Below the pieces are notes generated by a model, which saw nothing but the letters and a program-made list of their open reading frames with translations, was not told where the DNA came from and did no database searches. From Paramoeba atlantica (taxonomy: Eukaryota; Protista; Discosea): a DNA stretch of 64,000 bases. Shown here piece after piece: positions 1 to 10,015 of the stretch. Numbering within the stretch: the first letter of the stretch is position 1; every line of letters starts with the position of its first letter. The DNA is taken from NCBI GenBank assembly GCA_977017575.1, contig CDRNVI010000066.1, positions 1 to 64,000 of the forward strand. The letters run 5' to 3'. A program made the position numbers and the translations under genes.

Positions 1-233
1 TTCGGTAAAATAAATTGAGGAAACTACAGTGAAGTATTCAAATACGAGTGGATTATATTACGGTTATTTTTAATTAAGATTATTTTTAGCCCCGAAAGTG
101 AGGTCGATGGTGATAGACATGAAAAAAAGGATTTGTTTTCGGGGCTAAAAGTAATCTTAATTAAAAATAACCGTAATATAATCCACTCGTATTTGAATAC
201 TTCACTGTAGTTTCCTCAATTTATTTTACCGAA
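1..233. repeat. Long palindrome/foldback: arms 1-97 and 137-233, 39-nt spacer; contains TA|CAGTG...CACTG|TA unit 27-207
   Basis: Reverse complement of 1-97 matches 137-233 with one mismatch. Partial copies occur at 5053-5178 and 6872-6919. Confidence 0.9.
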
Positions 234-472
234 AGTATCCTGTGAGATGCTTTAAGTAGCCCACGAGGCGAATAACAAAACCTACCCCGCTTCTGCACCT
301 TTTTTATTATTCGAATATGACCTTTTCTGGGGCATATTAGTGTAGTAGGATCAAAAAAGTCGATAAATTCACAAAAAAGCATTTTTTTCAAAAAACTACA
401 GAGTTCTGCACTTTGAAAAATCATGATTTTTTTTTATTTTTTAAAAACTTTAAAAATGAGGGAAACGCATTA

Positions 473-1250
473 TCACATGACACGTAACTCTGCGAGAGCT
501 CTCGAATGCGCTATTGTTTTCCACAATTGGCCCGGGTATATGAATTTTGACCACCCCCATATTTTCGTGCACCCCCCTGTATATTCTAGCTGGGTTAATG
601 TGGAGAACGAAAAGGCATTTTCTAAGGCGCACAAGGGACGTACATGGAGCATCGCGAAGGAATTAGTCAAAAAGCTCCCACGAGTCGCTCAACCAATTGC
701 GGGTAGTAAATGTGAACGGGGGTCATCAATCTTCAGCGTCACCGAAGAAAATATTTGTTCACTCTTTCCCCTCACGAATGCCGTGCCCTCGACGTAATGT
801 ACAATGTGTAGTGCCTCACAGGCAAATTTGCTGCAAGGGGCTTCCGGGTGGCACTCGATGGTGAGTCTCCAGATCGCCATTTTTCGTCGTAAACAACAAC
901 GACTCATAGCGAATTCACAGGTGCTCAAAGTCTTGCAGGACGCGACCCCGGTACTTCGCGCAGGGGGCTTCCAAACGCTGGAAGTCTCCCACGCGACGAG
1001 CAAACACGTTGTATGCGTGTTCTAGAGGATGTTCTATGCACCTCTCTTGCTCACCAGCCGTGGTGGATTCTGTGGGACCCCGATGCCCATGATGCGTCAT
1101 GAATCATGACTCCATTTGCCAGCATGCATTCATGAGCCTGACCATGTTGTATCATGAACCATGGAAGTAATTTGTAGCATGTACGATGGGAATACCATCC
1201 GCGTCCCACAAATCTGTATATATTTCCTGGAGCATTGCGCTCACTGAACA
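473..1250 (-). pseudogene. Possible heavily decayed retroviral-type (rve) integrase relic
   Basis: Frameshifted, stop-interrupted frames give THHGH, C-x5-CE, LHIVHY..G, KYF/VTLKIDDPRSH and a downstream CDNA. This loosely follows the copia pre-integrase/integrase motif order. Weak. Confidence 0.25.
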
Positions 1251-1427
1251 TCTCGGGACATCTTATCCCGATAAGGCCGTTTCTCTTTGCTTTCCCGGGG
1301 CTGATATCCCGCGCATTTCCCTGTGTCGCCGCCGAAGGCGGCAGGTTCAGCAGGAAACGCCCTTTGCGTCAACCCCTGCTGAACCCAGTATCTCTACAGG
1401 TTGTCGCCCTGTATGAAAAAACAACTA

Positions 1428-1866
1428 GGGTCAAAAGGGCATATTTTTGTACCATTTTTTTTTCAATGACATTTCTCCCAGACGAGTGGAAAAAAATTCT
1501 TAAACTTAAAGAATCATTTTATCGTTCCTCATTAATAATGTACAGAAATATTACAAATGCTTGTATTGCGGAATTGCAATCAACTTTCACCTTCACATGG
1601 TGCTGAAGAGTTTTTGGAAATTCTAGGAAGGAATGATCATCCGGTAAGTAAATGGTAGGATTTTACTCACTCAAATATGTCGCACCTTTCGCAGCAGAAG
1701 CTCATATTGTTGCGCGAAATAGATTTTTAAAGGTGATGCAAACTTTTTTTATAACAGTTCCTTTGTAATGGAGGATTTCAATAAAATATTTAAATATATT
1801 CAAATATTACAAAAATTGTTTTCGGTCAATCGGAAGAGTTGGTACAAAAATATGCCCTTTTCACCC
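1428..1866. mobile_element. MITE with ~27-bp TIRs GGGT(C/G)AAAAGGGCATATTTTTGTACCA and 6-bp flanking duplication CAACTA
   Basis: 1428-1454 gggtcaaaagggcatatttttgtacca versus 1840-1866 tggtacaaaaatatgcccttttcaccc. caacta lies on both sides; the AT-rich interior is non-coding. Confidence 0.8.
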
Positions 1867-2397
1867 CAACTAGCGTACCTAGGCTGGAACTAGGGAGCCA
1901 TTCATGTATCTCTTCGGGGACGAACGGCTCTGAAAAATATCAGAGTGTGAAGAAAATATCAGAAATTGGTCACTTTTCTTGTCATGTAAGATACGCAGAT
2001 ACGCAAAGACTGTGAAATACGCAGGAATAACCTCTTTTGCTAGTCAGAATATTGCGAAACTGACTAAATCGACTGACTAAATCTATCGAGATTACGCGAG
2101 ATCATGCGAAAGCTCTCGGGAGCTGATTTCACCCGGGAGTGTAGTTGGACGATGCCCAAACGAGAACACGTGAGATCAAGCGAGATCATGCCCGCAGTCC
2201 TTCTGTATACAGAAGGAAAAAATGGGGGGTGGATTCGCTTAACTTAGATTTACTACAATTTTGGAAAATTACACCGCATTCGAGAGCTCTCACAAACTTA
2301 CTTGTCATATGATACTGCATTTTACGTACACAGTAGTTTCCGGGTATATGCTTTTTCCTGAATACCGTAAAAACGGAAAGTACAACTTTTACTTCTG

Positions 2398-2478
2398 AGA
2401 AACCTTTTTGAAAGTTTTTAGAATAAAGAGTGACTTTAAAGTATTTTCTTGAAAGTTTTAAAGTTTCAGTGAACCTTG
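2398..2478. mobile_element. Solo degenerate right end of the hAT-type family seen at 5243-5874
   Basis: gaaagtttttagaa..aaagagtgactttaaagtattttcttgaaagttttaaagtttcagtgaaccttg aligns with ~5800-5874. Confidence 0.8.
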
Positions 2479-3042
2479 CCTTTTAGGACGTAAACTCTGA
2501 AATAATAATCTAATAGTACTTTTACAGTTTACAAGTAAAAAGGCAAAGAAACCCATTAGAGCCCCAAGAATACAGGGCACCGGAAACCATTTTACCGGAA
2601 GCCATGGACGATCGTTGAGTATGTAGAGCACAGCACCAAAGCAAGGAAATAAAACCCAAAAAGAAAAATGAAGAAAAAGACGTTCGGAAAGCTTTTTTCC
2701 TTTATTTTCTCCTGATAAAAGTTTCCATCGATCTCTACCCATTACATAATTCAATAACCATTCCAGCATTGTAATGCGCTTCGCTTTCCTTAGTACTCGC
2801 TGTAACCGACGTGCCGTAACCGGTGTCCCTGACGACTTTTCGGGAGTTTTGGGATCTGTCATACAATAAGCCCATATAAAGGAATGACTGAAACCTCTGA
2901 ATAACATTGTCAACAACGCGGCGAGACTAAGAGCGCCCAAAAAATTTTTTAGTGGTGATGGGCCAAAATAGGACACTCCTATTAAAAAAGCAAAGAAGTC
3001 CCTAAAGCGTTCCATCGAAAGTGTTTTTATGGACTGCTTCAT
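2458..3042 (-). CDS. Hypothetical multi-pass membrane protein (194 aa)
   Basis: ATG ORF on the cluster strand with about four hydrophobic segments; no family recognised. Confidence 0.65.
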   Translation of the reverse strand: MKQSIKTLSMERFRDFFAFLIGVSYFGPSPLKNFLGALSLAALLTMLFRGFSHSFIWAYCMTDPKTPEKSSGTPVTARRLQRVLRKAKRITMLEWLLNYVMGRDRWKLLSGENKGKKLSERLFLHFSFWVLFPCFGAVLYILNDRPWLPVKWFPVPCILGALMGFFAFLLVNCKSTIRLLFQSLRPKRQGSLKL

Positions 3043-3699
3043 AGCCTTCTACGAGGTGCAAGGTTTCTAGTTTTGAAGTTTCCTATAGAAATTGCATACG
3101 GTGAATCGCTGGTATAGGAGAGAGATTTTGGGACGGCGAGATCGTCAATTTGCAAGCACATACAAAATAAATTAATAAGATTAATTTACACTAGTGGATA
3201 CCATATACTATGGTGGTACACCGAATATTGTCTAATTACGTGTATGTATTTCTTTTTAAAGATTTGTGTTCTTTTCTTTTTACTGCCATCCCATAAATGC
3301 CAAATGGGACACGAATCTCCAATTTTCGCATAAGGATTGTGAGTAGTATACTACAAACTTCCTGTGATATACTACGAATTCAATATTTCAAAAAATGTAT
3401 AAAAACAAGTGGGAGGGAAGGGGTTTCGTATTGTATAAGTTGTACAACTTCGAACGCAGATTCGAACGCGCATATCCGTTTTGATATTGCGTAAGAAAGA
3501 ATTTTAATACAATGCGCCTACAAAAACATTTATGTATAAAAACATTTAGGAAGTCTGTTAAGTTAAATTTCACACTATGCAACGAAACTCACGACTCCAA
3601 AAATTTGATCTGAGTGCACCGCTCCTTATACAAGTACGATACAGCACGTTCATGTTTGCACATACGAGTTCTACAATCAATAATATTAAAATGCGCCTT

Positions 3700-4155
3700 T
3701 TACGTAATGAGATTTTCGGATCCTGGAATGCTAACTTGACCACCGGCCTTGTGTTTCAGCAGCACTCCGGGTTTTGTGCTCGCGAGCTCAGCCATTTCTT
3801 TTCTACGATATTCTATCCAAGATTCGGGCAAATTTATTGTTATACCAAGAATTTCTTTAATAAGGAACGTGTGACCAGTGAGAAAAGTGTACCAGTCAGG
3901 CTGCATCATAAAGATAAGAGCGGCGTACATTGTAGGAAACATAAGTAACGAGTGTCGCAAATGAATGCGGCCCATACGATGCGCAAAGTGACCGAACGAG
4001 GCAGGGTTTGACCACCCTCGATTTGCTGGTCCACCGCTGAGCGTTATTGGATATAAATTGTTAAAAGGGGTTCGAAAAGAGATTGTAGTCCAATTGATGC
4101 CAAGAAAATCGGGATGAAGCACACGACGTAATAAAGATCCCTTAGTGCGCGCCAT
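3700..4155 (-). CDS. Hypothetical single-TM protein (151 aa), possibly a mitochondrial inner-membrane complex subunit
   Basis: ATG ORF on the cluster strand with a basic N-terminus (MARTKGSLLRRV) and one hydrophobic stretch (LLMFPTMYAALIFMM). Confidence 0.7.
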   Translation of the reverse strand: MARTKGSLLRRVLHPDFLGINWTTISFRTPFNNLYPITLSGGPANRGWSNPASFGHFAHRMGRIHLRHSLLMFPTMYAALIFMMQPDWYTFLTGHTFLIKEILGITINLPESWIEYRRKEMAELASTKPGVLLKHKAGGQVSIPGSENLIT

Positions 4156-4477
4156 AATAATTTAAAAGACAAGATCAAGAAAAATGAAATATAATTTTGA
4201 TGAGATTTTAAGAAGGGGTGTCGGCTTGACTTTGACAATGCCCTGTTATTGTAATCTTTAAATCTATATTTTAAACCGAGTGATAGATAGTAAGTAACGT
4301 TTTTTTCAAATAAAATGCGTTAGAAGTACCTTGTACTTAATAATCGAATATTAAAATCTTTACACGGCAATTCAAAAAACCAGCTTGCTTCTTTTCATCG
4401 TCTATCTTTACTTCTTTGTCGTTTGGAAAAGTTTGGACTCTGTACGATATTCACAAAGTGGAAATAACATGGTAGCA

Positions 4478-4903
<426 letters not shown>

Positions 4904-5052
4904 CTACACACTAATTTCAAAGAAGTATAAATTTCAAGGAAGTATAAATAGTAAGTATAATAAGTACGTTTTGTTTATTCGAACATGTTATAAGAAAACG
5001 AGATGTAACAAATCCATTAGAGGACATGAATATTAAGTAAGTAAGGTAGTTT

Positions 5053-5178
5053 CAGTGAAGTATTCAAATACGAGTGGATTATATTACGGTTATTTTTAAT
5101 TACGGTTATTTTTAATTAAGATTTTTAGCCCCGAACAAAAATACTTTTTTTCATGTCTATCACCATCGACCTCACTTT
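5053..5178. repeat. Partial inverted copy of the 95-207 foldback unit, with a 16-bp internal duplication
   Basis: cagtgaagtattcaaatacgagtggattatattacgg...ttttagccccgaa...tcatgtctatcaccatcgacctcacttt is the reverse complement of 95-207. Confidence 0.9.
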
Positions 5179-5242
5179 TATACGAAACACAAGCCTTTAT
5201 AAAATGATCACAGACGAATCCAATGGCTTGGGCGCTTAAAAG

Positions 5243-5874
5243 CAGGGTTCGCGGAAACTTTTTTATAGTAAAAAAAAGTTTTTTTTTTCAGTGGATGAAA
5301 GTTACTTTAAAGTACTTTTTATACTTTTTTTTACTATAAAACTTTCAACACGGCCCTCGACCAGTCAACAAACCTCCGTTTAACGGCCGAGCCGTCAAAC
5401 ACCGATATATTAGGTCCCAAACTCTCAAAAAACGGTCTAGGAGTTGATTTCGGAAAAATATGTTTTTTTTATTTTCATCCAAAATTTTTCAGTTTTATTT
5501 CTCAAAAATTCAAATATTGCTATGATCCCCCTGGTGGGGAGGGGGGGGGCAGGGGGTACCCATCGGAATTGTTGAAAAACTAGTGATCTTGTCACTCAAT
5601 TCGATTCATACGTCTTTGTAAACATTTTTTTCGAAAACTCACCTGAAACGATATCGGGCCACAAATCGGGCACGACGAATTAACCTACGGTAGCGAGGGA
5701 GTAGTATCTCCCTCAATAAATTGTAATGAATACAGACGAATCAAAATCATGATGAAAGAAATTCTGTGATTCTAAAGTATACGAAGAAAAAAAAAGTTTT
5801 TGAAAGTTTTTAGAAAAAAAATAAAGTAACTTTAAAGTACTTTCTTGAAAGTTTTAAAGTTTCCGCGAACCCTG
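5243..5874. mobile_element. hAT-type non-autonomous element (632 bp), 19-bp perfect TIR CAGGGTTCGCGGAAACTTT, 8-bp TSD CTTAAAAG
   Basis: TSD at 5235-5242 and 5875-5882. CAGGG terminus plus 8-bp TSD is the hAT signature. Confidence 0.92.
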
Positions 5875-5905
5875 CTTAAAAGTTACTCAAAAAGTGTGTT
5901 CAAAA

Positions 5906-6853
5906 CAGAGGTCCCTAAAACTATTTTAAATAGTTTACTATCTATAAATATTTTATAGATAGTTTATAGTGTTTCAAGAAAATTTATAGTACTATAAACC
6001 TCATTTATAGTACTATAAACACTATACTGTATGGTACTATAAAAACTATATGGTCTTTATCAGTGTTTCATGTCCAGGAAGGCACTCGGTAGACAGATCG
6101 GTCGATGGACCTGGAGGAATTTCGCGGGGCAGGAGAGAGCCGATGGAGGTATAGAGGCTTAGAGGGGTCACGAGATGTCAGGTAGAGCAAGTGGCGTGGA
6201 TACGCTGACGCGTAGAAAAAAGTGAAAAGAGTTGTACTTTTTGTGCAGAAATGGAAAAAGTCGGGATCCTATAGCTCACAAGTTCTTCCCATAATGCTCT
6301 TCCTTGTAGCGTGCAAACATTATAGTTGTCCAACGATTACGTCCGCATTACAGTTGTCCAACGAGTTCCCGTTAGATCACTCGTTGGATCCTAGACGTGG
6401 CGTATTCAATGGCAAGGTAAAACACAAAAACACATCACAGAGCCTGTAAGATTCAATATCTGAAAAATTCATAATCTTTTGAAGAATTTCGATGAATCAC
6501 TTACCCCCTATTTCACATTTACACATTGTACTTCGACAGGAAAAGCGACCTAAGAAGACAAGGCGTCTGGGCTGGAACACATCTGAAATTAAAGTAGGTC
6601 GACTTCCCCATCGACTCCAACGAAGTGTGGAAAAATGATTTGAGCTTGACCACGACGCTTGTTGGGCATAGTGGTGTGAAAAACAGTGAGAAATCTTTCA
6701 AGAAAACGGGAGTGATAAAAAATGAATTGCGTCGAGTCGGCATTTCAAGCAATACTTTTAGAAAAAACTTTCTAAGGAAAATAGTAAAAAAAATATAATT
6801 TATAGTACTATAATAGTACTATAAAATAGTTTTTGTAGTTTTACGGACCTCTG
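5906..6853. mobile_element. Second hAT-type element (948 bp), TIR CAGAGGTCC(C/G)TAAAACTA, 8-bp TSD GTTCAAAA
   Basis: TSD at 5898-5905 and 6854-6861; TIR 17/18 identical; subterminal tactataaa-type repeats at both ends. Confidence 0.92.
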
Positions 6854-6956
6854 GTTCAAAAATTATTAATTTACGAGTGGATTATATTACGGTTAATTTA
6901 ATTAAGATTAATTTTAGCCAAAAATAACCTTAAAAGCGTAATTAAATAATTAAATA

Positions 6957-7391
6957 CCGTAGAAACTTCAATTAAGGGTAATTAAAATTAAGGCAACTTT
7001 AATTAAGGCAGCTTTAATTAAGGAATAATTATTTTTTTGTCATTTTGGGGAAAAAATTGGGAAAAATTAATTTCATGATTCTGACTCAGACTTCTCCTTT
7101 CAATGATCGTTTTAGCATTTCTCTCACATGTTGAATTGGTTGAAGACCGTAAAGGTAGGCGAAACAGGCGAAGCTCGTCTAGAAAAGTTCGAAAAATATG
7201 ACAAATGATCAGAAATTGAGCACTTTTAGCAGAAGTGTGATACTTATGCTACAAACGACAATATTTATATAAGACCTGTTTTGGGCTTTTATCAGCGCCA
7301 TTTTAATTAAGGCAACTTTAATTAAGGCAATAATTAATTTTTAAATCCGTTCTGCCTTAATTACTTTTATCCTTAATAACCGTTTCACCGG
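6957..7391. mobile_element. Tc1/mariner (pogo/Tc2-like) MITE, TA|CCG...CGG|TA, degenerate ~40-bp TIRs
   Basis: taccgtagaaacttcaattaagggtaattaaaattaaggca versus RC of right end taccggtgaaacggttattaaggataaaagtaattaaggca. TTAATTAAGGCA subrepeats lie near both ends. Confidence 0.7.
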
Positions 7392-7566
7392 TATAACACT
7401 GTATACTAAAAGCACTCTTTTAGCAAAACAAATTCAACTTCATTATTGAACTATCCAGACCCTCTAATATAGAATTCGTGCCCTTCTCACATCCATAGTT
7501 ACACTTCAGATCCTGATTCTGGTATTCACTACGAAGAAGTTATTGTTTCCTTTTTTACTGTTTCTC

Positions 7567-8577
7567 TTAAATTTCCTCTTGAGCGTATCGATCAATAAGC
7601 ATGAGACCACATGCGACATCAAGTATGGACTTAAAAAAGCTTTTACCCCAACTCTGCACAACTTCGGCAAACTTCATTCGAAGTTTGTCTGCTTCATAAG
7701 TTTCCAACTTTAGAAATTGCGCAGGCCTATGGTACATAAGAGCCTCGATCATTGGCGAAGATAAATATGCAAGAGTAACTGATTCACCATCATCAACGTA
7801 AGCACGAGCGACAAATTGATTTTCCATCACCGATAATGGAGGAAGCAAAGAAATTATTTCTGCAGATACAATAAAAGGAGTTTCGCTCCCTTGAACTGGT
7901 AATTGAGAAATTTTCATGGTTGCTAAGGAGGGAGAAGTTTGCTCAGGAGTATGCAGCTGGCCTTGAGATATGGTCTTTGCTCCTGTGCAAGGTGTCGCTT
8001 CGATTTCTGATTCAAGATTGTGAAGCATGCGAGTTCTATTGAAACGTTCGGCTCGTTTTTTTCGTTTCTGAGTGTGCTGTGCATCTAGAGCGGCAACAGA
8101 ACCTCCTAATACAGTCATGCAGCTGTCATTAAGAAGAAGAACACGATTTCTGATTCGAACGTTTTCAATGAGGACTTTTGCACCCGGAACCAGACCTTCA
8201 TCAAGCTGAACGCATGGGGAGTGTTCAATTGCAATCCAATCCCTCACACCGTCCGTCAGGCAAAGTTTGCGTGGTCCTTTGCAAGTTGGCATGTGAGACG
8301 CGGATTCTGCCTTTGACTGTTCCAGGAGACTTTGAGAAATATTTTCTATTTCATTCAGCTGAAAAATATGTCGTGAGGTTATAGTGCAGTCATCCACTAA
8401 TGGAAAGCCTTTCAAAAAGGGAACGCGTCTGAAATCTTGATAAAGAAGCATCGTTAGAGCCTCTAAATCATTTTGTGCTGTAGAACGGCACCACCATTCC
8501 TTCCACCACTTGAGCTCAAGATCAATATTACAAATATTTTTCAGCGTGCTGCGTACCACATTCCATGGATCGCTCAT
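7567..8577 (-). CDS. RMI1: RecQ-mediated genome instability protein 1
   Basis: OB-fold motif RKLCLTDG..IAIEH..L..L.PGAKVLI.NV.IR..VLLL plus a C-terminal YVDDG segment. Confidence 0.85.
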   Translation of the reverse strand: MSDPWNVVRSTLKNICNIDLELKWWKEWWCRSTAQNDLEALTMLLYQDFRRVPFLKGFPLVDDCTITSRHIFQLNEIENISQSLLEQSKAESASHMPTCKGPRKLCLTDGVRDWIAIEHSPCVQLDEGLVPGAKVLIENVRIRNRVLLLNDSCMTVLGGSVAALDAQHTQKRKKRAERFNRTRMLHNLESEIEATPCTGAKTISQGQLHTPEQTSPSLATMKISQLPVQGSETPFIVSAEIISLLPPLSVMENQFVARAYVDDGESVTLAYLSSPMIEALMYHRPAQFLKLETYEADKLRMKFAEVVQSWGKSFFKSILDVACGLMLIDRYAQEEI

Positions 8578-8678
8578 TCAAAAATACGGTGCATTCGAAG
8601 ACGCTTGGCAAGTAAAATTTTATGCGTTTTAGTTTGTTGAATTTTTTAGCTTGTAAGATTTTAGCGAAACATAAACTA

Positions 8679-9140
8679 CCCCATGCCATTAATAACGATA
8701 ATGATAAACACCATTTTTTTTTGAGATTGCTATTATTGCCATTGGAGGGAGTGCAAGTGGCCCTTCGAAGGTCTCAAAAAATACCTACAGCGTTCGCCAC
8801 CGGTCGTCACCGGTCGTCGCCGACTCCCAGAAAACGACACTTTGAAGGCCAAAATGCTCAACTTTATGACTGACTGATCAATATAATTATACATCGGCAA
8901 AAACAATTTAGCATTTTATATACCACCAGTTTATACATTCCTAACTATTTAGTTCCATTAATGCAAAATTCTCGCTGTGCTAAGAAATTTTGTGATACTT
9001 GTGGGGAAGATTAATGGTCGATCCTTCGAACCTCAAAAAATACCCACAGCGTTCGCCACCGGTCGCCATCGATCGTCACCGGTCGCCATTGGTCGTGACC
9101 GTTCGGCAGCGACCTACAGGTACTGTCTGCACCCCCTCCA
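8679..9140. repeat. Decayed copy of the family at 49405-50917, including two copies of a block with 10-bp ACCGGTCGYC-like repeats
   Basis: 8679-8720 resembles the 49405 TIR region. ccttcgaa..ctcaaaaaatacc.acagcgttcgccaccggtcg occurs at 8762-8823 and 9024-9140, and inverted at ~49985-50105. Confidence 0.8.
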
Positions 9141-9189
9141 TTGGAGAATACGCGGTCAACAGCAGATACCTGGAGACATGTGGGGGAGA

Positions 9190-9330
9190 TACCTGGGAGA
9201 TATGATAAGAAATTGCTCTACGGTTTTCTAGCCGTTTGGTTTCACAATATACCACTTCTTGCCTCCTACCCAGAGCTCAATCCGCCTTGTGGCGCTCTGG
9301 CCTATGATCACAATAGGCGATTAACCAAGA
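9190..9330 (+). pseudogene. Possible Tc1/IS630-type DDE transposase relic
   Basis: FGFTIYHFLPP then, after a short gap, PELNP (9270-9284) and LW. This resembles the LPPYSPELNPIE..W motif. Confidence 0.4.
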
Positions 9331-9394
9331 GAGGATTCGTGTGTCCCTAGGCATGATGTTAACTTCGAAATTTGACCAAACCTGCGAGATAATC

Positions 9395-9700
9395 ATTTAG
9401 AAGTTAGATGGTGAGAAGTCAACGACTAGAAGATCATGAGTTCGATGTTTAGAACTACAGGTTGAGCGACTAGAGACTAGATGAGGTCTGAGTTAGATGC
9501 TTTGACAGTGAAGCTTAGAAATTAGATGCTTAGATAACGGATGTTAGAAGTTAGACGTTTGGAAATAGAAGTTGAGAAATCAGGTTCCGTGAGGTCTGAG
9601 TTAGATGCTTCGATGTTGACTTTGTAGGTTAGGTGCTTAGACGGCGGGTGTTAGAAGTTAGGTGCTAAAAATGGAGTCTCAGAAGTAGGTGATTGGAAGT
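9395..9700. repeat. Degenerate TTAGRN-rich tandem array with ~109-bp higher-order repeat
   Basis: Recurrent ttagaagttagatg/ttaggtg; tgaggtctgagttagatgctt at ~9482 and ~9591. Confidence 0.75.
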
Positions 9701-9730
9701 TATACTCTAATTAAAATTCCAGCAAGTTAG

Positions 9731-10015
9731 ATGTTTGAGAAGAAGACCTGTACCAGGCAGATTCCTAGAGACGCAAGGCCGAGTACTGCAGATAGCGAGA
9801 GACTGCAAGTAGCAAAGCTTCTCGAAGAAGGGAAATACTCCGACCAGAAGGTGAGCGGCAGCTTGTTGTTAGGGATTGTAAAGGTATTCCAGGCGCGAAA
9901 GCAGGCGCTTGACGTTCAGGAAGGGGGCCCTGAAGACAAGTTGCCTAGCGAGAGGATGACTAGAGAGAAAAGAGGTCCACTTCATGGTTTGATTGACACC
10001 TACGATGATCTTTAG
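9731..10015 (+). CDS. Orphan 94-aa ORF with a Rad21/Rec8 N-terminal-like motif
   Basis: KVSGSLLLGIVKVFQARKQAL resembles kleisin [21 protein letters not shown]. It lies opposite to the cluster strand inside the repeat island. Confidence 0.3.
   Translation: MFEKKTCTRQIPRDARPSTADSERLQVAKLLEEGKYSDQKVSGSLLLGIVKVFQARKQALDVQEGGPEDKLPSERMTREKRGPLHGLIDTYDDL

Noticed and set aside
669-691. Stop-codon reassignment (two ORFs in frame across a TGA)
   Set aside because: Conserved genes in the window are uninterrupted and end in TAA, TAG or TGA; the standard code fits.
1270-1420. 7SL/SRP RNA (ggggctgat..cccgc resemblance, stable hairpins)
   Set aside because: No SRP helix-8 motif and too short; the GAA hairpin matches those in the repeats.
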